51,247 nt of DNA. It comes from Chromera velia (taxonomy: Eukaryota). Each line of letters starts with the position of its first letter. Position 1 is the first letter of the stretch. This document shows, one piece after another, positions 23,520 to 36,536 of this stretch. The notes beneath the pieces were generated by a model that made no database searches, had not been told where the DNA came from, and saw only the letters and a list, made by a program, of their open reading frames with translations. A program made the translations under genes and the position numbers. Location of the stretch: assembly GCA_018398765.1 (NCBI GenBank), contig JAHBMJ010000283.1, forward strand, positions 1-51,247, in the 5' to 3' direction.

Positions 23520-26353
23520 ATGCATTCAGAGGATCGGGCGGGGGAGGAGACGGAGCTTTGTCTCCGCAAGGATTCATCTGTCTCCTTTTCCTCCGTCCTG
23601 CCTCATAACGCCTTCTTTGTGGATGCCTCACTTTCCACATGGCTCACCTTCTTCAAGGGCCTCTTTCTTCCTGTGGATATTTCAAGAGTCGAAAACGAAG
23701 TGAGCTCTTCAACACAATTCGACTCCTTTTCTCCCCGTCTCCTCTGTTTTGATCGTGCACCTTGCCATATCCTCTTCCTCTCAACAAAGCACCTTCCCCA
23801 GAGAAACTCTCAATATTTCCCCTTCCACTGAGGAAAAATTGACAACATTTAGTGGGCCTTTGAACCCGTCTATGAGCTTGTCTTTTCCACTAAAAAAAAC
23901 AAAACTGTTTCTGAGATGCCATAAAGCGTTGCTTCTCCTCTTTGCAGATCGTCTCTCTATGGGACCCCGTGGGTCTCCGTGCGATGGTGACCTTGTCAGT
24001 TCGATCTGGACTCGACCTCTTCCTCCAAGCTCAGAAGATTCCTTTTGGGGGAGAAGTCCTCATGGGGGCAATCAACATTCCTGACGTTCCTCGAATCCTC
24101 AGGTTGGTCTGCTGCTCCTCTCTGCTGGGCGAGTGTCGTCCTGCCTGTCTCATCGTAACGATGAAGGCGTGCGCCTTTGTTTCATTTTACTTTTTTTTAT
24201 GATGTTGGCTGCTGACTCCACATCCGTGCCGCCGATCGCATCGGGTGGCGAATCATTTTGTTTGATTTCGTAGCGTGTCTATGGCTGGACTCAGAGAGTG
24301 TGTGTTTCCTTCAATACTGGTCGGAAAAATCTGTTTGAGAGAGGCGCAGTGAGTGAAAGATTCGCCTGGATGCACAAATTCATCCTCAAAGATTTTGGAG
24401 AAGGATTTCAGTGGCCAGAGTGGAAGGGGGGGGCAGAAAGTCATGTCAGAATAAAAATGGCAACGGAACTCTGCACTGAAGGTTTGGCTGCACTTTCTTT
24501 GCATGCAGGTCTCACGGCCTGGTGCCTGTGCCTGTTGACCTCTCCTTCGACACTCTTCAACCCAGAGTGGAGGACCTGGAGGCAGCGTTGACCCCTAGGG
24601 TGAGTGTGTGTGGGNNNNNNNNNNNNNNNNNNNNNNNNNNNNNNNGGGGGGGTGGAGGTCCATTCTGTCCCCCGCCCTTCCACTGACCCAATGTGTGTCC
24701 ATGTGGGAGGGCGGAATTCCATCAGAGAGGAAGAAACTCTGGAAGGGGGGGGCGCAGGCGCTTACCTGTTCTGGCTTCTCCTCTGCAGCATGGCCGATTG
24801 GATCCAAATGAAACGAATCTTTGAGTCTCTCCCTTGGTGTCTCTGCCTGCGTCTTCCGGTGCGTTCCTTTTGTCTGCTCAAACCTATGTCTGTCTGCGTG
24901 TCCGTCTCTTTGCGTGAGTGGACCGATGGAAAAAAGGAACAAGTGAAAGCTTCTTTTCCTGCTTGCAGACCCGGGTGCTCTTGCTGGCCCACCTATACGG
25001 ATCTCGAGGAGATATCTCTGAGGCTGTGGCTTTTGCACGGAAACACAAGTGAGTGGGGGGGTTGCCGAGTTAGAGGGGGAGATATGGCTAGTTGATGGCA
25101 GGTCGGCAGGAACTCTGAAGCTTGAGAGCGGCAAGCTGGTTTTTCAATTCCCTGGCTTTCCTCTGTCTACTTCTTCATTTGCTTGTGACGACCAAGCTAT
25201 TCTCTCTGTGTGGGACACGAAGCATTTGTAGCATTCAGGCTCGAGGTAGATAGAGGGAGTCTCTTCCTTTCGGTTGACCTCGGGGGGCAAGGAGAAAAGG
25301 CGCCAGTTGAAAACGAAGTTTGCGCAGGCACTTGATTGCTTGTTGATTCATGGATTTCGTCCGGCATGCTCTTTTCTGGTTTGCAGTACATACAGTCTGC
25401 ATGGATGGATGGGCCTCAGTTGACCTTGATGTTTCTTTGGATGAGTGGTCGTTTCACGTCTCCGTCTCTCTCTGCGTGCAGTCTGATCGTGATAGAAGAT
25501 TGCGCCGAGACTGCAATGGGGGATTTCTATAGAGGTGAGGCGGGTGCGTTGTTCGTGTCTGGGGGGTCTTTTCTTCTTCTTCTCTCCCATTTTTTGGTGT
25601 TTTTGTCTCACGCATGCACTGATTGATCCTCTGTCTTTCCGCATGAATGCCCATCTGTTGACAGCTGAGTCCTTTTCTCCCTTCTCTGTTTGTTCTCTGT
25701 GAGACTTTGTGCGTGGGAAAGTCAAGTAGCGAATGCAGGCCGGTGTACATGTCTGGATGTTTTCTATCAACCATGTTTGTTCTGTTCAGGTGAGCTCATT
25801 TTCCCTCTCCCTCTCTCTTTCTGATGACCCGACTCTCTGCACACCCCCTGCTCCTTGAGTCAACATGCGCCGATCGATGTTTGCAGGACATCCTGAGGCA
25901 GATGCTTCGTTTTTTTCTTTTGGGCTGATCAAGACAGCCACTGCCTTTGGGGGGGCGGTGGCGAGAGTGGGGAATTCGGAGGTGTTGCGGAAGATGAGGG
26001 CCCTCCAGAGTGGCTACCCTGTCTATCCAAGGAAACGGTGTGTGAGTCCCTCAATTAGTGGGCAAATGGAAACCTCCCTTTTGTTTCTTTTCTTTTGTTT
26101 TGTTTACTTTCATATGACCGAAGACACACCAGCAGAAAGAGAGGAGAAGGAGGGTGACAGCAGGGCAGAGGGAAAGAAGACGGGGCAGTGAGGAGAGGAG
26201 GACAACAAATCACTCGCAGTAAAACAAAAGCCCTCTCTTCTACGTTCCAGTCCGCCCTCGAAACCAACCAATGCCGGTAGTTGACAAACCGATCAAAGGG
26301 AGTTTCCTCTCCCCTCTCTCAAACGGGAATGCACTCTTAGGCCCGTCTCCTTC

Positions 26354-26384
<31 letters not shown>

Positions 26385-28046
26385 GTTGTCTGTTTGTAGT
26401 TGCAGGTATTTGCAGCGCCTTCTTGCGGGTCTGTTTGTGATCTGGGGACAGTCCCGTCTCGCGACCGGAGCGCTTTTGAACTTCAACAGGTTCGTCGGGC
26501 GACCTGTGTGTTGGAAGGAAGGAGAGGAGAGGACAAGGGAGGGCAGGGCAGTTTGTGGAAGGAAGTGCCGGCAGGGGGGATGTCTGGGTGATTGAAGCTC
26601 CGGGTGGCAACAGTGACAGTGGAAGCGGCCCACTTCAAAACGCAAACAGCAGAAAAAGAAAGAACACGAGCCGGTCAAATGAGAGAAGTGAGAAGAGAAA
26701 TGTGAAAATGGGCAGGTCTTTCTTACACAGTGCTCCCCGTGGTTTCTTTCTACTTACTTCTTCCGTTTCTTCTCATCTCTGGATCTGCCGATACGTTTTG
26801 TTGCCTTTGTTTTTCGCTTTTCCTCCCTCCGTGTAGTTTTCTGTACAAAATTCTTCTCTGTTTTTTTTTCTCTTATCTGTCGGTCAGATTAATTGGGACT
26901 GACCACAAAGAGCTTGTTGTCCGTCTCGTGCGGGGGTTTCCTGGTGCCTCCTCCAGTCCTGAAGCGTTCCTCTCCAAGTACAGATTCCGTCCGTGTGGCC
27001 CTCTGCTTGCGTCTCTACGGTCCGTCAGTGGGTTTGTCAAAAGAAAAATAAACGGTTTTAATCTCTGCATGTCTATGTCTTGTGAGCCCTGTACAATGCC
27101 TTTGTTTCCGGTCATGTTCTGTCTCGACTGTTTGTATGTTGATTCCCCACGCGTTGTCAAGTCTTTCTTCAAGGACTCATGGGACGCAGATGGCTGCCTC
27201 CCCAGAGCTTTCTTCGTTGTTCAATTCTTGCTATTGCTAGGACTCTTCGTGCCCTGGTTTGGGGTTTTGGGACTCCAGCGATTTGCGCAGATCTCCAAAA
27301 ATTAACTCACTCTTTTTCTTCACCCTGCCAGAGCCCGTCTTGGAGGTTGGGTGAAGAAGGAGCAGCCACTGCGAGAGGAGGGGGAGGAGAGGCTCTACAG
27401 ACTTGCTGTGCGACTGGATGAAGAGGGAATCCGAGTACCCGCTCTGAGAGCAACACGACGGCACTTCTGGCTTTTTCCCATCGTGGTCCCCTCTTCTCTT
27501 TCTCCTGCGTCCTCCAATCCTGCCGAATGTCAGAAGGGAAAAACGAAGCAGAGCAGGGGAGAGAAGGGCACAGAGGAGACTCCACTGTCTTTGACGGACG
27601 CCCAAAAACTGCTCGGCAGAGTGGGGGTGGATGCCTATAGAGGGGCTACTCAAGTCAGTCAGTCGAGGGGAAAACTGATTCAAAGAAGAAGACTGCAGAT
27701 ACGAGGAAGCACGGAAAATGAAAGGAGAGAAGACCACAGAGCTGCTCTCTGAGCCTGTCCAGCTTTCTGTCCCGCTGTCTGTTTGTCTGAAACCCTGTTT
27801 TTGTTTGTCTGTATTGTTGGTTTAAAATGATCGTGCTCTAGCCGAGAAAGCGGGAAAAGAGAGGCTCCGGCACGCACCGTGAAGCTTTCCATGAAGGTGC
27901 ACTGCACACATGCAGTTGGGACTGGTGGAGCCTCCCGCCACAGGAGCCTTCATACGACCTGAACAAGCGGCAGCATTCATGGACAGGGTGTGTGTGTGTG
28001 TGGTGTGTGTGTGAGTGTGTGTGTGTGTGTGTGTGAGTGTGTGTGG

Positions 28047-28087
<41 letters not shown>

Positions 28088-28122
28088 TGGGTGTGGGTGT
28101 GTGGGTGTGTGTGTGTGGGTGT

Positions 28123-28156
<34 letters not shown>

Positions 28157-28423
28157 TATTCGATCGTTCGTCTGTTTGATGATTTCAATCCAAGTCCAGC
28201 GTTCTGTCTGCATGTGCTCTTCAATTGCTGTTTTTCTCTTCCTGATATGCGCACATTCTCTTTTGCCTGCTCCGTGGTTCTCCTCTGCTGTACGTCTTAG
28301 TTTGTGCCGTCTGGTTTATACACTTTCTCCCTATCCGTGTATGCATCCTGTCGAGCCCCCCCTCTACTGTCTCTGTCTGGGTCTGCTTCAGTTGGTCTGT
28401 TTGTTTGTGTGTCTGCGGCCTTG

Positions 28424-28464
<41 letters not shown>

Positions 28465-28930
28465 TGTCTGTCTGTCTGTCTGTCTCTCTGTCTGCGTCTG
28501 CTTGTTATTCGGGAGCACTCGGGAGGGATTTTGTTAGATGGTCCTCCTGACTTTTTTGTGTTCTGAGAGTCACAACGGAACATGAGAGACAACCACGTCT
28601 TTTGTCAGGTTCTGCTCCTGTGCACGCATGCAGGCACTGTACATCCCCCTCCACCCCCACATGTCATCGAAGGAGATGCTCTCCTGTGCACGGCGCGTCG
28701 TTGCTGCGTTGCAACAAACAGAACACCAGGAGGAAAGCAAACTCAGAAAACCAGGTAACGGCACACTACGGAAGAAGGAAGCTCCATCAAGTAATCAAAC
28801 TCCATCTGCAGAGGCTCTGACCGAGCCTGAAGAAAACAAGGCCACTGAAAATAGAAAAGAAGCATGTAGGAATAAAGGGATACAAAAAAATGTAGAAACA
28901 ATTGACAGTATTTTACATTCGCGCCTTTAA
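23520..28930 (+). CDS. DegT/DnrJ/EryC1/StrS-family PLP-dependent aminotransferase, 11 exons
   Basis: Exons 23520-23699, 23948-24102, 24509-24599, 24969-25048, 25482-25534, 25887-26037, 26406-26489, 26888-27019, 27332-27653, 27916-27987 and 28634-28930, phases consistent. Motifs SVRSGLDL, GLVPVPVD, AHLYG, VIEDCAE, FSFGLIKTATAFGGA (PLP Lys), HFWLFP and LYIPLHPHMS. Confidence 0.9.
27987..28155. repeat. (GT)n intronic microsatellite starting at the splice donor
   Basis: Direct reading. Confidence 0.95.
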
Positions 28931-29015
28931 TTTCTCTGGAAAAAACGTTGGATTTTCCGGTAAATTTGTAGTATGATTATCATTATTCATGAGTATTTTA
29001 TGTTTGGTAATGTTT

Positions 29016-29017
<2 letters not shown>

Positions 29018-29051
<34 letters not shown>

Positions 29052-29330
29052 AGGAATGTTAAACCCCAGTTGGAGCCTAGGTTGGAGCGATAGGCTCCCG
29101 GGCAGCGTATGCACGAGATGTACAACTAATGTTACAAAGCGATTTTCTCTTTTTTTAGCTTGCTTTGTCTACTTTTTCCTGTATAATAGTGTATTAAAAA
29201 GATTAGAAGAACTTTGAGGTACTTTGAGGTTGGTGATGGTAGGTGATGACTAGCGATGTGAGAGAGCACTTTGATCGTGTTTATTGACTCTTCAACCAGG
29301 GCCAGAACACTCATAATCAAAAATCTTCTA
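29018..29330 (-). mobile_element. Possible LINE 3' end with (TAAC)n tail
   Basis: (TTAG)n on the + strand at 29018-29051. On the - strand it is preceded by GGAGCCTA...TAGGCTCC (hairpin) and GGGGTTTAAC, with an AT-rich degenerate ORF remnant upstream. No TSD found. Confidence 0.35.
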
Positions 29331-29774
29331 CAAAAGTGGGACTGACTCTTTCATGCTCTTTCGTCAGTGAATCGTCACTTAATTTTTGACCGAAAATTCA
29401 AGATCGATGCGAAATGATGTCTCGTCTTGGCTAGTCTTGGCTAGTTTTGGCAGACTTTCGTCGATGGGAACGCGTCTCTGCCGTCTCAGTCCTCAGTGAG
29501 AGGTGCCATGCCGGGGCCCGCGCGCGCTGCCACGTATTAATATCGATATATCGATACTGCATGGGCCGGGTCCCGTTGCGGGCCCATGAGACGCACGCAC
29601 GAGAACCGTTCACGAAAGTCGGCGTCTCCAGCAAAACCCTATATCGATATACGCGGACGTCCTGAAACCATGCAGTACGTACTCCCTTCCTGCTTGAGAC
29701 TTGGAAACACAGTTCCTTCGCACCACAAGTCACATCTGATAGCGAAATTCGATTTGGCGAGCTGTGCAAAAAAG

Positions 29775-30368
29775 ATGAAGTTTCTCTCCTTTGCATTGGT
29801 CGGTCTTGCCAGCGTCGCTGAAGGTTTCGCTCCGGTCTCTCGCGCCTCCTCTCTTTCTTTCTCCAGAGCTCTCAGAGGTTCTCGCCCCTTCTCCTCTCTC
29901 GCCATGTCCCTCGCAGTCGGCAGTCCTGTTCCCTCCGCAAGCGTCTCCATCGGGGGCGAGAAGGTGAACTTCGCTGACGTCCTTAAGGGCAAGAAGGCTA
30001 TCGTCTTTGCCGTCCCTGGAGCTTTCACCCCCACCTGCTCCGAGAAGCACCTTCCCGGATACCTCGCCTACTCTGATGAGTTCGCATCCCTGGGTGTGAA
30101 GGACATCTACTGCACTTCCACCAACGACCCCTTTGTCCTCAAGGCCTGGGCTGCTGACAGGAAGGTGCCTGACGGCAAGATCACCATGGTCGCAGACGGA
30201 AACGGCGACTTTGCCAAGGCGGCCGGGAAGGTTTTGGACTTGACAGAGAAGTTGATGGGTGTGCGCACCAACAGATACGCATTCATTGTGGATGACGGAA
30301 AGGTCGTCTGGGTTGCTGATGGAGAGGATTCCTTCGCTGAGAAGGCCCTGGAGTTCCTCAAAAAGTAA
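29775..30368 (+). CDS. Type II peroxiredoxin (Prx5/PrxII family) with bipartite plastid leader, single exon, 197 aa
   Basis: PGAFTPTCSEKHLPGY, NDPFVLKAW, ADGNGDF and GVRTNRYAFIVDDGKV. Leader MKFLSFALVGLASVAEG|F plus a Ser/Arg-rich transit. Strong codon bias. Confidence 0.95.
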   Translation: MKFLSFALVGLASVAEGFAPVSRASSLSFSRALRGSRPFSSLAMSLAVGSPVPSASVSIGGEKVNFADVLKGKKAIVFAVPGAFTPTCSEKHLPGYLAYSDEFASLGVKDIYCTSTNDPFVLKAWAADRKVPDGKITMVADGNGDFAKAAGKVLDLTEKLMGVRTNRYAFIVDDGKVVWVADGEDSFAEKALEFLKK

Positions 30369-33300
30369 ACATGAGACTGGTGGTCCCGTTAGGCGAATGT
30401 GTGTGTGTATTTTGGATCGAGCTCGCCAGAGCGATTCGATGGAATCCTGAGGGGCAACAGAGTTGAGCGAGTCATTGTGCGTAACCATTCAGAGAACGGA
30501 AGGAAGGAAGGAAGGCAGGTGATGGATGTGCCCCCATTAGAGAGAGGAAAGGGAACGACACCAATTTCAGAGAGAAAGCGGTCCGTTGACAAAGATCAAG
30601 GCCCGGTCAGTCAGACGCAGAACAGCGGGAAAAGTTGTGGATGGGATTGTAGTTCGGTGTTTTGGAGAGGGAGTAACATGTGTATGCATGTGGAAAAAAG
30701 ACAACTTTTTTCAGTCGAGGAGAGAACAGCCAGCGTTTCTGTACGGGCACCCAGGTTCACCCACTTTTGACCAGTCAAATGAAGGCAGCCAGATGCATGC
30801 AAACTCTCTGTCTGTATGTATGTAGTTTCCTGAAGCAATTCTCTGTCGTGGAGTTTTGAAAGAAGTAAATGACCCATAGTAGTAGTGGTAGTCATCATCG
30901 TGTCACTTGCAGACGTGCAGACAGAAAGTGAACGGGGAAAAAGGACCCATCAACTTTGAAGAGTGAATAGACGCCATGCGGGTTTTCGTGAAAAGAAGAG
31001 ACGAAGAGAGGACCGATCTGTCGTTGAGGGCCGGAAAGGAGAGAGAAAGCTGGATCGACTGAGTGAAAAGCGACTGCGAAACAGAATCGGACGTGAATGT
31101 AACGAGACCTTCGCAGAGCGGGCCGTACACAAACAGGACACACAAAGTTGCCTGTCTTCATTTATGGCTTCCGATTGACTGCAAATAAGCTGTCTTCGTT
31201 GTTTCCTAAGTCGTTCGCCCCCCTCCTCCTGACCATTTCTGTTTTTTTGTGGCCGTTCTCTTTTATATTGGTCTGAGTCCAATCAGCGTAAGTGACAGAC
31301 AAATCAACATACACACCTGCGTCTAATTGTCCGTATGGCCGTCTCTGTATGCATTCCTTTTCGCCTCTCCCTGCCTGCTTGCATGCCAGGCTGTCTGCAT
31401 GCCCCCGTTTCACTTCCTCCTTCACTTCTTCGCTCCCTCTGTCCTCCTCTGTCCTAGCCTCTGCCTTTCTGTGTTCGTCAGGCTGTCTGAATGGTCGGCC
31501 TTTCTTTAAATAATTTTAATTCTTTGGAGCAGATGACTAGCAATTCTAGACACTGTAGTAGTACGCAGCGTGAGCTGTTTGCTGCAATGAGTTTCCTCTT
31601 TCTTTTTTGATTGCTTATGTACACACAATAAGAGACAACTGAGAATTTAAAGATCAATTAAATCATAATTTACACAGTTTTGACGTACAAAAAAGTTTTG
31701 ATATTCTTTCTAGTATTCTCTTTGTAGATGTACTGTGTAAAGATTTACAAGTAAATTTTTAGATAAAATTATAGTTTAATTGAAATGATTGAATTATTAA
31801 GCATAATATATATACGACAAGACTCGAACTTGCATGCATGGACTGCCAGGAGCTAGGCTCCGCCGGCTTAGTCAACTCATTCATATTCATATTCATAATA
31901 ATTAAGCAGCTAGATAAGCAGTGTTATAGGAAACTAAGGATTAGACCCTCATTGCTGCATGCCTGGGACTGTACTGATCAATCCTGGGGAGCAGTGTTTT
32001 GCTAGCTAGTAGTCCTAAAGTTCGGCTGCTTTAGGTGAGTATTCGCTAGCGTGCTCCTAGCTTGCAATATGACATGAATGCTCACAGACTGCCCTTTGCC
32101 ATTGGGAGACGATGGCTGGTGGGTTAATTAAGTCACCTCATCATCATCATCATCATCATTATTATTAATCGGTCTATAGACCATTATGCAATGCATGAGT
32201 CTAGGACAATGCTTTATTGCCCCTTTGCTAAACCTGCATCATACAACGGGAGGGGGCTTCATTCTCGCAACTCTAAACACCCTGCATCTAGAAGATGCTT
32301 TCTCAATCGCTGATGTCGTTTCCCTTCTGTGGGAGGAGTGCGACGACTGCAACAGAGACTCTCAGGCAGTAGAGGCAGACAGGAAGACCGGTGGAGAGGG
32401 GGGATGGGAGATGTACTTAGGAGATGGAAAAAGAACATTCAAAAGGTGAGACGGGAAGAGGGGTAAGTAACCATCACATGCATCGAATTGCAGGCCTTAC
32501 GATGGAGGGCGCAGACAGACGTTTCGCAAGAGTCGCAGGACCGGTATGGGTGAGTGTTTAAGTGCCAGGGTAACCTTCATTCGTGCCAACAATTCGCTTT
32601 GCGTTGCGTGTTTTAGAGGGGTGGAGTCTTTCGATAGCAACCACTTTCTCTCTCTTTCTTGGGCTCTGTCTAATTTAGCTTCAATTTCGGTTATTTCATC
32701 AGTACTACAGTCTAGTAGTAGTATTAGATAGAAATGCTAATGCCAGAATCACTCACTAGCAGAGTGATAGCCACTTACGCTGATTGCTAGGCTGATTGGA
32801 TTCAGACAAATTTAAAAGAGAGCAGACACAAAAAACAGATTCTTTAATAGAAAATAATGGTCAAGAAGAGGGGGGCGAACGACTTAGGAAACATTGAAAT
32901 AACGAAGACAATTAACTCTAGAGACAACTTATTTGCAGTGAATCATCTAGTGAATCATCCGTGAATGAAATTGTTGATAACAATTTTTTTACCTAAAACG
33001 AAATGTCTAGCGAAATGTGGAAATTATTTTGTTTCACTTAATTCCCTCCATTAATTTTGAAGCATGCATAGCAAAACCCTCAATCATCATTTTGAAGCCC
33101 TCCGAACCGAAGCAGGAAGGTCGGCGAGTCATGCAGTTGGTGTGCCAGCACGGGTTCTTGGCTCCATGTTTGCTCCCTACTGCTCCCGCATGATATCCCC
33201 TCTTCGATCGATCCCGCGCATACAGGAGTGAACTGCAGGCGTGACCGAAAAAAAAACGTGACGATAGACAAAAACCGATATGCTAGGGAGAAGTGCAGCT

Positions 33301-35070
33301 AGACATGCACGTCAAGTAAAAACAACTTTGGGCTACTTTGGGCAAAAAACATCCTGCAGCACAAAAAAGGTAACAAATGAGACTAGAAATGAGACGAGGA
33401 AGAATCATTCCTGCATGAACAAATGTAAGGAGAAAAGAACCAGCAAGAAGAAAAGAAAAAGAACCAATACAGCTGGATGCATATGCATGTCAATGTTTGT
33501 CGGAGAAACCGATCAACGAAGAGAGCAAGCCCTTTTCAGCTCTTTTCACTCTGGTGAGTGCATTATACCCTGGAGGCATGATACAAAAATGGTATGCCCC
33601 TTCATTGACTTGGTCTCTTCAGATAGATGCGGCCTTCTATGTCTTCGTAGAAGGTGCGAGAATACATCAGGGAAAGGCTTTTCTTTTTAATTGATCGGTC
33701 TCCATTCACCCTGTCTCCGTGATCGTGCCCATGAATGATTGTTTGAGTTCTGGAGAAAAAACTGAAGAAAAGAAAGAGATCAAGAGTCCAAGAGGACCAA
33801 GAAGCACCCGGATGGAACGAGACCGTCACAAGAAATAGAAAAAGGAAAGCATCAAGGAGAAAGATCACCTGGTGTGAATCAACGACCCTCCTACTATTCT
33901 CCTTCCTTTCACTCTCGCTGGTCATCCCTATCAAAGTCCTTTCACGACACGGGTTGGATTGAAAGGAAATCCTCTGGAAACTTGACAACCCTCTGTCCTT
34001 GTATTTCTTCTCTTCACAGAAAACAAGTTCGGAGGTATACTCTCTGTATGCGGTTTTCTCAACCACCACTGTTCCAATGACGTGCAGGAACGACAAATCG
34101 GGATGGATTGCCTGCCGGTCTTGGAACGTGGAAGAAAGTCCTTTTGTTTCCCTCCTTGTCTTCAACTTTCCCAAAAGACTCGCTCGCCCCTTCACTTCAA
34201 GACAAGTGGGACGCCTCTTCTGCATGCCAGAAGCTGGCAATGCATTCTTGCTTCCTTCCTTTCTCTCTGCCGTGGGGTGCACACCCACGAACAGAAACCT
34301 GCATGTATGTCAAGAGACAGTGGAAGACATGCTCAACAAGTGACCGTCAGCATGTCTGAAAGTTGCTCGATCGGACTCAAATGAGCAAAAAGAGGGAGAA
34401 GTCCGTCCGTCCGTGTGTGCGTGTGTCCACTTTTCCTTCCATCATTTGCACGAACGAGAAGAAAGCACAACAGCTGCTGTTCATCCCTTTTCGTTCATTC
34501 GCAACACGAAAAAGAAATTAAGGGCATGTGGGCAATCGTGGGGGAGCATTTGTTCGTTGACGAATGTGTAAGAGGGGGGGGGGGCAAAGGAGAAGGAGAG
34601 ATGGAGTTGGAGGAGGTGAGACTGCGCTTGCCAGTGAGAGCAGAAGAGGGACGAATGGGAGGAGAGACGAAGAAAAGGAGAAACGCTGCCCTGAGACTTC
34701 GCTTTAAAGGGAAGGAAGGGGAAGGGAAGGTAAGAAAAGGATCCGATCGAACTTCAAGCATGCAAAGAGAAAAAGGGCGAATGGAGGGAGGGATGAACAA
34801 ACAAGACAGTGAGTCACTCAGTCATTTCACTTAGTCAGTCGTCATTCAATGGGCCATTCAGGCTGCCACTCTTTCATCCAATCAGTTAGTGTTTTAGGCA
34901 TTCATTCGTTCATCAAGAGACCCACCCGGTGATGGAGCCAAATTTCCCTCCCGTATATTCTCTCTCCCTCTGTCTGCATGACGTACAGCCTTTCATACAG
35001 TTTTCCTCTCTTCATTCTCTTTGGTTAATTCTTTTCTTGGTTCCTTCCCGAGAAGACCGTATGAATATTT

Positions 35071-35266
35071 CTGAATGAGTCTACATGGCTGCACTCTCCC
35101 GTGGGCACCCTGAATGAATCTAAATGGCTGCACTCTCCCGTGGGCACCCTGAATGAATCTACATGGCTGCACTCTCCCGTGGGCACCCTGAATGAATCTA
35201 CATGGCTGCACTCTCCCGTGGGCACCCTGAATGAATCTACATGGCTGCACTCTCCCGTGGGCACCC
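35071..35266. repeat. Minisatellite, 39-bp unit x5
   Basis: CTGAATGAATCTACATGGCTGCACTCTCCCGTGGGCACC repeated five times, nearly perfect. Confidence 0.95.
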
Positions 35267-36370
35267 AGGTGGGGCAGTCATCGCACTGTCGTAGAGCCCT
35301 TTTATTTTCCTTCCAACTCTTTCTGTTCACAAGTGAGTGAAGGGAGTGGCCGGCACTGGAACAAGTGCTCGTCAGTCGTTATTTGTTCATCTTCTCATTC
35401 ATTTATTCCTTCCTTCATTCATTCACTTATTCATTCATTCATTCATTCATTCATTCATTCATGCATTCCATTCATTCATTCATTCATGCATTCATGCAAT
35501 GGAAGAGGGGGGCAAGTACTCGTCCCTTGTCTTTTGCGAGAAGAGAAGGAGGGAAAGTAGGTGAAAGGAGGCAGACTACGCTCGAGAGAAAGGTAGAGAA
35601 TGGTGGAGTGAAGAAGGAAAAAAGAAAAGGACAAGAGAAAGAGTCCAAAGACCAAAATGCGAAGGGGTTCTCTCAAACCAGTCAGAAGAAGGAGGGAGAA
35701 GAGAAGGAAAAACAAAACAAATGGAACGGATCGATGCGTTGGGTCAGACAGTCAGTATTATCATTCCATCGTTGAACTCTTGGTCTCACCGTTCCGTCTG
35801 GAAGTGGATCGCGCATTTCTTCCAGCCATGGTACTGTCTGAGAGGTGTGAGTCTCGCTTTGTAGGCTTCTTTTGTTTATTTTTCTGAACCCTCGAGCTCG
35901 AAAGGAGGCTTTCAGTACCAATTGAGAAAAACCTGTTGGTTGCACCGGTTTGCTTTCTTTCCCCAAGGATGAAGAGAAGGAAAGGAACAAATAATCTGAC
36001 AAGTGGCGAAGTTGGATGAGGAGGGGAAAAAGGCCGACCGAGAGCAAAATGGAAAGATTTGATTTGCAATGAGAGACTCACAATGAATTCAACACCATGA
36101 GACAGATGGCCACAAGCACGAGACTGGAGGGATATCCCTGCCGTTGGGCAAAGTGCGCATTTATTTGTGCATGCCAGTGCTCTCTGTTTCTTTCCATCGT
36201 GCCCGAGTCCGTCAGTGCCTTGCTCAATGCTGGCTTCTCTCCACTCTCTGGCCCAGTTCCCTCCTTTCATGATGGCACTCTCGCAACGTGCAGGTAGACG
36301 GCCGATATGACCGTATTTGCCTTTCTTGTCCCCTCCTTCCAATTTTCATGTGTACAATAAACAAAGACGC

Positions 36371-36446
36371 AGGAAGGAAGGAACGAAGGAAGGAAGGAAG
36401 GAACGAAGGAAGGACGGAAGGAAGGAAGGAAGGAAGGAAAGAAGGA

Positions 36447-36482
<36 letters not shown>

Positions 36483-36536
36483 AGCAAAGGAAAGAAGGAA
36501 GGAAGGAAGAAAGGAAGGAAGGAAGGACGGAAGGAA
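36371..36536. repeat. (GAAG)n/(GAAA)n tetranucleotide microsatellite
   Basis: Direct reading. A similar (ATTC)n tract lies at about 35395-35495. Confidence 0.95.

Noticed and set aside
29018..29051. (TTAG)n as an interstitial telomere
   Set aside because: The unit lacks the G-run of TTAGGG/TTTAGGG and is better explained as a microsatellite or retroelement tail.
35071..35266. 39-bp repeats as a CRISPR array or a coding repeat
   Set aside because: Head-to-tail minisatellite with no spacers. It is open in several frames only because the unit length is a multiple of 3.
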